DNA of 64,000 nt. Source: Fidelibacterota bacterium (lineage in GTDB: Bacteria > Fidelibacterota > Marinisomatia > Marinisomatales > Marinisomataceae). Below, one piece after another: positions 17,577 through 26,907 of this stretch (positions are counted from its first letter, which is position 1; every line of letters starts with the position of its first letter). Where the stretch lies: assembly GCA_965212055.1 (NCBI GenBank), contig OZ243041.1, positions 480,001-544,000 on the forward strand, read 5' to 3'. The translations under genes and the position numbers were made by a program. The notes under the pieces were generated by a model. The model had not been told where the DNA came from. It did no database searches and worked only from the letters and a program-made list of their open reading frames with translations.

Positions 17577-20500
17577 GTGAGAATAATTATAATGATAAGA
17601 CAATTAAAATATCTTTTTATAGGGGTTCTTTTACTTTCATTTCTTTTCCCGTCATCCGGAAGAAAAAGTCATTCTTCAGAGTTGTTAAATAGAGGAAGAA
17701 CTATTCCAATTGCTTTATCGCAAGATTTCTTAGTAACTGCCAGAACTTTTTCAACGCTCACTCCTAGAGTAGTCGATATATATGATTTATATAATGGAAT
17801 AAGTTCATTACAAAAGACTGGAGAATTAACTGCCCCTAACCCAACGGTAGGAGATGATTTTGGATTTAGTATAGCACTCCATAAAGATTATTTACTTATT
17901 GGAGCTCCGGGATCAAATAATGGATATGGAGCAGCATATTTATACCATAAAAATTATGAAGGAGATTGGGTTCTGTTTAAGACTTATGAGAACCCCTATT
18001 CAGGAGTTTCTCAGAAATATGCTCAAAAATTTGGGTATAATGTTGCATTAAATGATCAGTATGTTGTAATTGCTTCGCCATTTTATAATGATGGCAGTGT
18101 TTTTATCTATGATTTCAATCCTGATACCGAAGATTTTGCATATCAAAATACTCCATTTAAAACGATTGATGTACGGGAATTAGGCGATGTAGAAGGTTGT
18201 TATGAATTAGGTCCAAATCAATTTGGATTTGGAGTTTCCCTTTCATTTAATAATGACAAACTGTTGATTGGTTCACTAAAAGATTTTGTGTATTTGGTTG
18301 AGTTCAACAATGGGGCTATACAAGGAGTAGAAATTCCTATTCCTACAGTAGAAAATGAGTATGATTCTTTTAGAATGCGTTTTGGGCAATCTGTATATGT
18401 AGGAGATTCCACTCTTTATGTAAGTGCGTTAGGGTTAAATAGCGGGAAAGGAAAGGTTTTTGCTTATCCTTATATTGGTTCGTCTAACAAAACGGATGAA
18501 AATCCTTGGACAAATTTTTATACTATTCAACCAGATGATTTGCTAGAAAACAATCATTTTGGGTATCAAATTAGTGAATTCAATAATCAATTAGCAGTTA
18601 GTACTTTTAATCAATCTCAAGTTTATTTGTATAGCAAAAACCAAAAAAATAATCGATTTGAACTTGGAGAAATCATTACAAACAATGATTATAAAAAAGT
18701 AGATCATTTTGGTAGGAACATTACCTTATTAGACAATGCTTTAATAACTGATGCATATTATGCCGATGAACTTATTCTATACAGTGATATGAATGTAAAT
18801 CGATATTCGATACAGAGTCTTTCAACAAAAGGGGAAGTTGTATCAATCAAGAATAAGATTGAATGTACAGGGGGAGTTGCTGGATCCTATGAATGTAATG
18901 AAATTGATCTAATGGCATATATGGATAAAACAGAAATTGGAGGAACCAATAATTCTAGTTTAAATGACATTTGGGGATGGACAGATCCAACTAGTCAACG
19001 AGAATATGCTTTGGTTGGATTAAGCAATGGAACATCATTTGTAGACATAACTGATGCAGACGATCCAGTGTATTTAGGTCGCTTACCAACCCATACAAAT
19101 AATTCAACATGGAGAGATATTAAGGTATACCAAAATCATGCATTTATTGTATCCGAAGCTGGAGGCCATGGAATGCAAGTATTTGACTTAACGGAACTCC
19201 GTAATGTAAGTAATCCACCGATACAATTTAGTGAAACAGCACACTACGCTCAATTTGGAAATGCGCACAATATTTTTATTAATGAAGATACTGGTTTTGC
19301 TTATGCAATAGGTACAAGTACCTGTGGTCCAGGAGGATTGCATATTGTTGATATTAGTAATCCGGTAGCTCCAGCAAAAGCAGCATGTATTTCTGATCCT
19401 GCAACCGGAAGAAGTGGGACAGGGTATGTACATGATGTTCAATGCGTAGTTTACAATGGACCAGATACAGAACACGTTGGAAAAGAAATTTGTGTTGGAT
19501 CAAATGAAACAAATGTCTGGGTAGCCGATGTCAGTACGAAGAGTGATGATTCTAGTGGAGACAAGACGATTGGTCTTGGTTCATATGATGATTACTATAC
19601 GCACCAAGGGTGGCTTACAGAAGATCATCGATATTTTGTTCAAAACGATGAATTAGATGAAAATAATGGTGCTGTTAATAGTACACGAACTTTAATATGG
19701 GATTTACAAGATTTAGATAATCCAGAGATTGAGACAACATACTTTGGTCCAACCTCTTCCATTGATCATAATAATTATATTATTGGTGATTATGTATATA
19801 TGTCCCATTATACAAGTGGATTGCGCATTTTAGATATTAATGATATCGCTAACCCATCTGAAGTGGCATTTTTTGATGTATATCCATCTAATAACAATAC
19901 TAGCTTTGATGGTACTTGGAGTAACTATCCTTATTTTGATAGCGGAAATGTAGTGGTTACTAGTATTGATGAAGGTTTGTTTGTTCTTCGTCCAACTTTT
20001 AATATTAATCAACCTTCTGTGCCAACAGGTATCTCATACTCTATTCCAACTGATGGTACTGTAACTTTCTCCTGGAATATTGGTATTGATTCATCAATAA
20101 GCTTTAGAGTATATCGAGATGAAGAGCCAGGATTTACTCCTTCATCTTCAAATTTGATTGCAGAATTGGCTTATCCGGCAGCAACCTATTCGGATGAGAA
20201 TCTAGATACAAACAAAATTTATTATTACATACTATCTGCTGTGAATCAAGAAGGTACTGAGAGTGATTTTTCTTCAGAATTTAAAATTACACCTTTAGTA
20301 TATGTTAATGTTCCACCAACCATTGATACAGTTTCAAATGTCCAAATAAATGAAGATGGATATACCGTAGCTCTTCTTACAGGAATTTCTTATGGTGGAG
20401 ATGTAAATTCTCAAGATATTGAAATTTCAGCTTATACAGCGGATACAAATTTATTTTCTAATTTAACTGTAGATTACAATAGTCCGTCCACCACAGGATC

Positions 20501-21323
20501 ACTTGATTTAGTTCCAGAAGCAAATGCAAATGGATCATCTGTAATTCATATTACAGTTAAAGATAATGGTGGAGTCGAAAATGGGGGAATTGATTCAGTG
20601 AGGGTATCTTTTAATGTGGATGTATTAGCAATAAATGATGCTCCAAATTCTTTTACTGCTCAAGGAGAATATTTACTCAATATTATTGATGGTTCTGGAT
20701 CATTTTTAACAACAGAATATTTATTTATTACCCCAGAAAACGAACAAGACTCATTGCGATTTATGTGGAATCCATCTATTGATGTTGATGGAGACAATGT
20801 TCAATATCGTATGCTTGGTTATGAAGATTTAGAGTTTCTAACAATGAATACATGGGTTGATGATACAGCTATAACATGGGCAATTAAAGACTTAGCATCC
20901 CAAACAGATACGGTAAATGTATCAGAAGGTGCATGGTCTGTAATTGCTACTGATGGACAATCCTTTAAGACAGCAAGTACTGGTAGTATAGGCGATTTAA
21001 AGATTGATGCAAGGGCATTGATACCTGATGTTTTTGATTTACGTCAGAATTATCCTAATCCTTTTACTAATTCAACTACGATTGAATATGATGTACCTGA
21101 AGCACAACAAATTGTGCTCCGTATATTTAACATTAGAGGACAATTAGTAAAGACATTGGTAGAAGAAGAACAATCAGCAGGTTATAAGTCTGTTACATGG
21201 GATGGAACCAATAATAATGGTGATTCAGTAAGTGCTGGAATATATTTCTGCCAAATGTATACTCCGGCCAATCCATATGGCGGACAATTTGTTCGAACCA
21301 AGAAAATGCTACGATTAAGGTAA
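17577..21323 (+). CDS. Choice-of-anchor B family protein with FG-GAP-like propeller, FN3/Ig domains and FlgD/T9SS-type C-terminal tail
   Basis: FG.S.A..L.IGAP repeats; NDIWGWTDP..REYA, WRDIKV, YTHQGW, DELDE, GTWSNYPYF; QNYPNPF...WDG.N..G..VSAGIYF. Confidence 0.9.
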   Translation: MRIIIMIRQLKYLFIGVLLLSFLFPSSGRKSHSSELLNRGRTIPIALSQDFLVTARTFSTLTPRVVDIYDLYNGISSLQKTGELTAPNPTVGDDFGFSIALHKDYLLIGAPGSNNGYGAAYLYHKNYEGDWVLFKTYENPYSGVSQKYAQKFGYNVALNDQYVVIASPFYNDGSVFIYDFNPDTEDFAYQNTPFKTIDVRELGDVEGCYELGPNQFGFGVSLSFNNDKLLIGSLKDFVYLVEFNNGAIQGVEIPIPTVENEYDSFRMRFGQSVYVGDSTLYVSALGLNSGKGKVFAYPYIGSSNKTDENPWTNFYTIQPDDLLENNHFGYQISEFNNQLAVSTFNQSQVYLYSKNQKNNRFELGEIITNNDYKKVDHFGRNITLLDNALITDAYYADELILYSDMNVNRYSIQSLSTKGEVVSIKNKIECTGGVAGSYECNEIDLMAYMDKTEIGGTNNSSLNDIWGWTDPTSQREYALVGLSNGTSFVDITDADDPVYLGRLPTHTNNSTWRDIKVYQNHAFIVSEAGGHGMQVFDLTELRNVSNPPIQFSETAHYAQFGNAHNIFINEDTGFAYAIGTSTCGPGGLHIVDISNPVAPAKAACISDPATGRSGTGYVHDVQCVVYNGPDTEHVGKEICVGSNETNVWVADVSTKSDDSSGDKTIGLGSYDDYYTHQGWLTEDHRYFVQNDELDENNGAVNSTRTLIWDLQDLDNPEIETTYFGPTSSIDHNNYIIGDYVYMSHYTSGLRILDINDIANPSEVAFFDVYPSNNNTSFDGTWSNYPYFDSGNVVVTSIDEGLFVLRPTFNINQPSVPTGISYSIPTDGTVTFSWNIGIDSSISFRVYRDEEPGFTPSSSNLIAELAYPAATYSDENLDTNKIYYYILSAVNQEGTESDFSSEFKITPLVYVNVPPTIDTVSNVQINEDGYTVALLTGISYGGDVNSQDIEISAYTADTNLFSNLTVDYNSPSTTGSLDLVPEANANGSSVIHITVKDNGGVENGGIDSVRVSFNVDVLAINDAPNSFTAQGEYLLNIIDGSGSFLTTEYLFITPENEQDSLRFMWNPSIDVDGDNVQYRMLGYEDLEFLTMNTWVDDTAITWAIKDLASQTDTVNVSEGAWSVIATDGQSFKTASTGSIGDLKIDARALIPDVFDLRQNYPNPFTNSTTIEYDVPEAQQIVLRIFNIRGQLVKTLVEEEQSAGYKSVTWDGTNNNGDSVSAGIYFCQMYTPANPYGGQFVRTKKMLRLR

Positions 21324-21329
21324 ATTGCG

Positions 21330-22037
21330 TTGAATTGGTTACGTAGGTTATATGACTGGATACTTTCTTTAGCAGATAGCGCTTATGGAGTTGTTGCGCT
21401 GTTTCTTGTTTCCTTTGCAGAATCCTCTTTTTTCCCTATTCCAGCTGATCCTTTATTAATAGCATTAGCATTAGGAAAGGTAAAACGTGCATTCTATTAT
21501 GCTTTTGTTTGTACTGCTGCCTCTGTGTTTGGTGGAATGTTTGGCTATTTTATTGGACAGTATATCTGGTATGACCCTTCAGATCCTTCAGGATTTTCAG
21601 AGATAGCAAGATCTATCTTTGATAATGTACCATGGATTACTGCGGAAAAATTTGAAGTTGCACAAGATTGGTATAAATGTTATGATTTTTATGCAATTTT
21701 TATCGCAGCTTTTACTCCAATTCCTTATAAAATTTTTGCTATTGCTGCCGGAGTAGCTGGAATTAATTTACCAACCTTTATTTTGGCATCTATAATAGGT
21801 AGAGGGTTGCGTTTTTATATTCAGAGCACATTGATATGGTTCTTCGGTCCCACTATTAAGAAAATGATGGATAAATATTTTAATTGGTTTATCATTATTT
21901 TGACTATTATTTTTGTTTTAAGTTATTTTTTTATTGGATATATGTCAGAATCAACAGTATTTTCTTGTCCTCAAGGGGAAGAAACAATAACAACTCAAGA
22001 AGAAGCATTGGTGGAGGAATTGAAATATCCAAAATAA
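21330..22037 (+). CDS. YqaA/DedA (VTT) family membrane protein
   Basis: SFAESSFFPIP.D, FTPIPYK.F.IAAG, GRGLRF. Confidence 0.92.
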   Translation: MNWLRRLYDWILSLADSAYGVVALFLVSFAESSFFPIPADPLLIALALGKVKRAFYYAFVCTAASVFGGMFGYFIGQYIWYDPSDPSGFSEIARSIFDNVPWITAEKFEVAQDWYKCYDFYAIFIAAFTPIPYKIFAIAAGVAGINLPTFILASIIGRGLRFYIQSTLIWFFGPTIKKMMDKYFNWFIIILTIIFVLSYFFIGYMSESTVFSCPQGEETITTQEEALVEELKYPK

Positions 22038-22038
22038 C

Positions 22039-23283
22039 ATGAAGTATTTTCTTAATCTATTTATTCTTATTTTTCTTACTGCTTGTGATACTAGTATCCC
22101 TGAAATAAAATCGACAAATCAAGATATTACCACTGGTGATCTTCAAAATCATATTACTTACTTGGCTTCTGATGAATTAGAAGGAAGGAGTTCTGGTACT
22201 CAAGGGGATGAACTTGCCAAGGATTATATTGTAAACCATTTTACAAATGCAGGCTTGCCAACTGAACGAGTAGTTGAAGTTCAAGAACATTATGTTTATA
22301 AAGATAGAAGAAACAAAAAAAATAAGGTATTAACCTATAATATTATCGCAACTCTTCCTGGAACTGATGACAAATTAAAAGAGGAGTATGTAGTGATTGG
22401 TGGGCACTATGATAGTGTTAATAATAAGTTAGATAAGATTCATAATGGTGCAGATGATAATGCATCTGGAACCTCTATGGTTTTAGAATTGTTTGAGAAA
22501 TTTGCAGCATCTAATACACATAAAAGAACGTTAGTTTTTATGGCATTTGGAGGGGAAGAACTAGGATTACTTGGTTCGAAACATTTCGTTAACAATCCAA
22601 CTATTGATCTTCAAAAAGTTCAATTGATGGTGAATCTAGATATGGTTGGTAGATTAGATAATGAAAAAAATCTTCAATTAGGAGGAACATTAACTGCAGT
22701 AGATTTTGATAAAAAACTTGAGCCTTTTTTAGATGAAGTAGAAAACAGATGGCAAAATAATTTAAATATCACAGAGCTAGGGAAAGGAATTTTTAAGCGT
22801 TCAGATCACTATAGTTTCTATTTAAAAGATATACCAGTATTATTCTTTTTCACCGGATTGCATGAAGATTACCATGGTCCTACCGACGATTCTAATAAAA
22901 TTAATTATCAGGGAATGAAGGTTATTTCAGATTTAGTTCATCCGATTATGGAAGAATTTGCAAATACACCAGAAAAATTAATCTTTCAACCAGTTGAATT
23001 AGAAGAACAGAGTATGCCAACTGCTAAAATGAAGGTTACTTTAGGTGTAATGCCTGACTATGCACATGAAGGAGATGGATTAAAGATTGATGCAGTTATT
23101 GACAATAGACCAGGGGGAGAAGCAGGAATGCTTGCTGGGGATATTGTTATAGATATTGGTGGTACTCCTATAAAAGATATATATGCTTATATGAAGATAT
23201 TATCCCAACTGAGTCCTGGTGATAAAGCTGAAGTGAGAGTATTACGTAAGGGTTCAGAAGTAGTATTGCAGGTTCAGTTCTAA
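22039..23283 (+). CDS. M28 metallopeptidase lipoprotein with C-terminal PDZ
   Basis: Lipobox LTAC; LASDELEGR, GGHYD, NGADDNASG, GEELGLLGS, NLDMVG, SDH, DYH; LGVMPDY PDZ. Confidence 0.93.
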   Translation: MKYFLNLFILIFLTACDTSIPEIKSTNQDITTGDLQNHITYLASDELEGRSSGTQGDELAKDYIVNHFTNAGLPTERVVEVQEHYVYKDRRNKKNKVLTYNIIATLPGTDDKLKEEYVVIGGHYDSVNNKLDKIHNGADDNASGTSMVLELFEKFAASNTHKRTLVFMAFGGEELGLLGSKHFVNNPTIDLQKVQLMVNLDMVGRLDNEKNLQLGGTLTAVDFDKKLEPFLDEVENRWQNNLNITELGKGIFKRSDHYSFYLKDIPVLFFFTGLHEDYHGPTDDSNKINYQGMKVISDLVHPIMEEFANTPEKLIFQPVELEEQSMPTAKMKVTLGVMPDYAHEGDGLKIDAVIDNRPGGEAGMLAGDIVIDIGGTPIKDIYAYMKILSQLSPGDKAEVRVLRKGSEVVLQVQF

Positions 23284-24398
23284 TGAAACAAGTTCTGTTA
23301 GCTTTAATGCTAATTAGTGTAGTATATAGTCAACAAGATATGATTACCAGTGATCCGTTTCCACGATGGGAGAATGATGTAATTGATCTTTTAGAAGAAG
23401 TCGATAAAAATAACGAGTATAATTCTACCAATAAGAATTTTGTTTTAAAAGATATAAGACAATTAACATTTGATGGAGATAATGGAGAAGCTTATTTCTC
23501 TAAAGATGCTAGTCAACTTATCTTTCAATCAAAACGCAATGGAAATGAATGTGATAAGCTTTATACAATAAGTATTGACGGAAGCAACCTTAAAGAGTTT
23601 CCAATACAAGATGGAGCATTTACATGCGCTTATTATTCACATGATAATAAATTTATCTTTTTTTCCTCTACTTTACATGATGGAGTTGGATGTCCAGAAA
23701 TATATAAACATCCAAATCCTCGTAAATATATTTGGCCATTAAGAAACTTTGAGATTTATCGATGGGACGGAGATAATCTAAAACAATTAACCAGTGTTCC
23801 AGGGTATAATGCTGAAACCACAATTCATCCAACAGAAAAGAAAGTAATTTTCACTTCTATGCGCGATGGAGACATTGACTTATATGAAATGGATTATAAT
23901 GGTAACAATGTTAAACGTATTACTACTGAATTTGGATATGATGGTGGTGCATTTTATTCTCCAAATGGAAAAAATATTGTTTGGCGTGCATGGTATCCTA
24001 AAAACGAAGAAGAGAAGGAAAAATGGTCTTTTAACTTAAAGAATCGTTATATCGATGCTGTCCCATTAGATATTTATGTTGCAAAGAGGGATGGATCTAG
24101 TAAAAAACGATTAACGAGTAATGGAGCTACTAATTGGGCTCCTTCTTGGCATCCTGATGGAAAACATATTATTTTCTCATCCAATATGGATGATTGGAGG
24201 GAAGATTATAATGCATTTGGAAGTAATTTTGAGCTTTATATAATTAATATTCGCACTTTAAAACTTACACGTCTCACGCATAATGATACCTTTGATTCAT
24301 TTCCAGTTATTTCTAAAGATGGAAAGCTTGTTTTTGCTTCCAATAGAAATGCTAAAAACCCACGTCAAACCAATATTTTTATTGGAATCTTAGACTAA
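23283..24398 (+). CDS. TolB-like PD40-repeat beta-propeller protein
   Basis: QLTFDGDNGEAYFS, GYNAE, YDGGAFYSPNG, NWAPSWHPDG, FDSFP. Confidence 0.88.
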   Translation: MKQVLLALMLISVVYSQQDMITSDPFPRWENDVIDLLEEVDKNNEYNSTNKNFVLKDIRQLTFDGDNGEAYFSKDASQLIFQSKRNGNECDKLYTISIDGSNLKEFPIQDGAFTCAYYSHDNKFIFFSSTLHDGVGCPEIYKHPNPRKYIWPLRNFEIYRWDGDNLKQLTSVPGYNAETTIHPTEKKVIFTSMRDGDIDLYEMDYNGNNVKRITTEFGYDGGAFYSPNGKNIVWRAWYPKNEEEKEKWSFNLKNRYIDAVPLDIYVAKRDGSSKKRLTSNGATNWAPSWHPDGKHIIFSSNMDDWREDYNAFGSNFELYIINIRTLKLTRLTHNDTFDSFPVISKDGKLVFASNRNAKNPRQTNIFIGILD

Positions 24399-24409
24399 GA
24401 AACTATCCT

Positions 24410-24480
24410 ATTGAGATTTATTCTCATTAATTATTTGCTTCTATTTATTTTTAGTTATATAATTGAGACAACTTCTCAAT
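24410..24480 (+). promoter_or_regulatory. Sigma70-type promoter flanked by two 19-bp Fur-box-like palindromes
   Basis: TTGCTT (24435-40), 17 nt, TATAAT (24458-63); ATTGAGA-N5-TCTCATT at 24410-28 and ATTGAGA-N5-TCTCAAT at 24462-80. Confidence 0.75.
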
Positions 24481-24496
24481 AAAAAAATAGGGGCAC

Positions 24497-26872
24497 ATGA
24501 AGAGAGTAGTATCAATCTTATTGTTTTTAACATTAGTTATTGGACAAAATCAAATAACAGGTTCAGTCACTGATGTTAATAATAATCCAATTGCTGATGC
24601 AAATATTATATTAGAAAATGGAATGGGATTGATCAGTAAAGACGATGGAAGTTTTGTACTTAATGTAGACGAGCTTCCTTTTTTATTAACTGTATCAGTT
24701 GTAGGGTATGATGATCTTACAGTATGGGTAAAAGAGAATAATATATCTCTTAAATTAAGCGATAGTCCTATCTTATTAGATGCAGTAAATGTTTTGGCTA
24801 ATTCAGCCAGTATTACCTCTGGAATGTTTTTACGATCAGTTTATCCAAGTGCTGTGGTATCTGAATTAGAATTAAGACAATTTGATGATACTGATATTCA
24901 TCGTGCTATTGCAAGGATTCCTGGTGTATATGTTCAGGAAGAAGATGGGCTTGGATTACGACCAAATATTGGAGTACGTGGTACTGGTTTATCACGTATG
25001 GAAAAACTAAATGTAATGGAAGATGGTATTCTTATTGCACCAGCACCATATGCTTCTCCAGCTGCATATTATTCTCCAACAATGGGAAGAATGCAAACAT
25101 TGGAAGTTCGTAAAGGATCTAGTCAGATTAAATATGGTCCATTTACTACTGGAGGATCTTTGAATTATGTTTCTACTGGCATTCCTGAAACAATGACAAG
25201 TAATCTAGAATTAAAAACAGGAAGTTTTGGTAAAACAGTTCTACATCTTAAACATGGTTCTACGGAAGGTCAGTGGGGATATTTATTGCAAGTTTTTAAT
25301 GATCAAACAACTGGATTTAAAGAATTAGATGGCGGTGGAGATACTGGATACACAAAAGCAGATGTGTTAGCAAAAGTGCGTTACAGTATGAATAAAAATC
25401 ATGCATTAGAATTTAAATATTCTATAACTGATGAAGTTTCAGATGAAACTTATCTTGGTTTAAGTGATGAAGATTATGATAGAAATCCATTAAGAAGATA
25501 TCGTGCATCACAATTAGATGAGATGGATGCAGATCATAGTCAAGTTGTACTTTCTTATGCAGGAAAATTATCAGATAATATGTCTATGGCTGTATCACTT
25601 TATAATAATGAATTCGCAAGAAATTGGTATAAACTAAATAAAGTCAATGGTGCAAAGCTTAGTGTAGTAGCTGATCCATCTTCTGATGCGACTACTTTTG
25701 CGCTAATGGATGCATTAGATAGTGATCCCGATATGTATCGAATTAAAGCAAATAATCGTGAATATTTATCAAGCGGTCTTCAAGCAGTGTTAAGCTGGAG
25801 TGTTGATAATCATAGTTTGCAAGCTGGAATGCGTATTCATTCCGATGAAATGGATCGTTTTCAGTGGGAAGATCGATATCAGATGGTTGCTGGTAATTTA
25901 AATATGACCACGAAAGCCACACCAGGTTCTGATTCAAATCGAATTGACTCTGCAGAAGCTAACGCTTTATTTATAGAAGATAGATATACTTCAGGAGCTT
26001 GGACGGTGACAGGTGGCTTACGCTATGAATCAATTACTGTTAAAAGAGAAGATTGGGGTAAATCAGACCAGTTCCGTATTACAAATCCATCAGTAAAAGA
26101 ACAAGATTTTAATGTAGTAGTGCCAGGTGTTTCTGTTGAATATGCATGGAAACCAACTACAACGTTATCTTATGGTTTACATAAAGGATTTGCTCCTCAT
26201 GGTCCGGGCGGTGTTAAAGTTATAGATGGTGTTACGCAAGACGTAAAACCAGAAACAAGCATGAATCATGAATGGACAATAAGACATTATGAAGGTCTAT
26301 CTGGAGTTGAGCTTACATATTTTATAAACCAATATGATAATCTTTTAGGAGCAGATACTGCAGCTTCCGGTGGAGGGACAGATGAACTTTACAATGGTGG
26401 AGCTGTTGATGTATCTGGAGTGGAATTATATCTTAGACATATGTTAGAGGCTAGAGATATGCAATTTCCTCTTGAACTTGCATATACCTATACAAATACA
26501 GAATTTAAAGAATCGTTTGATGGTGATTTCTGGGGAGATGTATCATCTGGTGATGAACTTCCATATGTTCCTAGTGATATGTTATATCTGAATGTTGGAG
26601 TCAATGCTGGTTTAGTATCGGGAAATGTATCCTTAAAACACACCGCAAAGATGAGAACAACAGCGGGATCAGGTAGTTTGGATGAATCAAGTTTCACAGA
26701 TGCATTTACTGTGGTTGATGCTTCTGTTAATTATAATCTTAAAAACAATGTAATTTTCTCATTACATGTTAAGAATTTGCTTAATGATAATGAAGTTGTT
26801 GCAAGAAGACCATATGGAGTTCGTCCAACTATGCCTAGAACAGTATCTCTTGGGCTTTCATACACTTTTTAA
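24497..26872 (+). CDS. TonB-dependent receptor, FecA-like
   Basis: N-terminal carboxypeptidase-like domain; plug PGVYVQEEDG.GLRPNIG.RG, MEDGIL.APAPY; C-terminal RPYG.RP.MPR..F. Confidence 0.93.
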   Translation: MKRVVSILLFLTLVIGQNQITGSVTDVNNNPIADANIILENGMGLISKDDGSFVLNVDELPFLLTVSVVGYDDLTVWVKENNISLKLSDSPILLDAVNVLANSASITSGMFLRSVYPSAVVSELELRQFDDTDIHRAIARIPGVYVQEEDGLGLRPNIGVRGTGLSRMEKLNVMEDGILIAPAPYASPAAYYSPTMGRMQTLEVRKGSSQIKYGPFTTGGSLNYVSTGIPETMTSNLELKTGSFGKTVLHLKHGSTEGQWGYLLQVFNDQTTGFKELDGGGDTGYTKADVLAKVRYSMNKNHALEFKYSITDEVSDETYLGLSDEDYDRNPLRRYRASQLDEMDADHSQVVLSYAGKLSDNMSMAVSLYNNEFARNWYKLNKVNGAKLSVVADPSSDATTFALMDALDSDPDMYRIKANNREYLSSGLQAVLSWSVDNHSLQAGMRIHSDEMDRFQWEDRYQMVAGNLNMTTKATPGSDSNRIDSAEANALFIEDRYTSGAWTVTGGLRYESITVKREDWGKSDQFRITNPSVKEQDFNVVVPGVSVEYAWKPTTTLSYGLHKGFAPHGPGGVKVIDGVTQDVKPETSMNHEWTIRHYEGLSGVELTYFINQYDNLLGADTAASGGGTDELYNGGAVDVSGVELYLRHMLEARDMQFPLELAYTYTNTEFKESFDGDFWGDVSSGDELPYVPSDMLYLNVGVNAGLVSGNVSLKHTAKMRTTAGSGSLDESSFTDAFTVVDASVNYNLKNNVIFSLHVKNLLNDNEVVARRPYGVRPTMPRTVSLGLSYTF

Positions 26873-26907
26873 GCTGTATTTATTAAAAAAAAGTATTATT
26901 ATCACGG

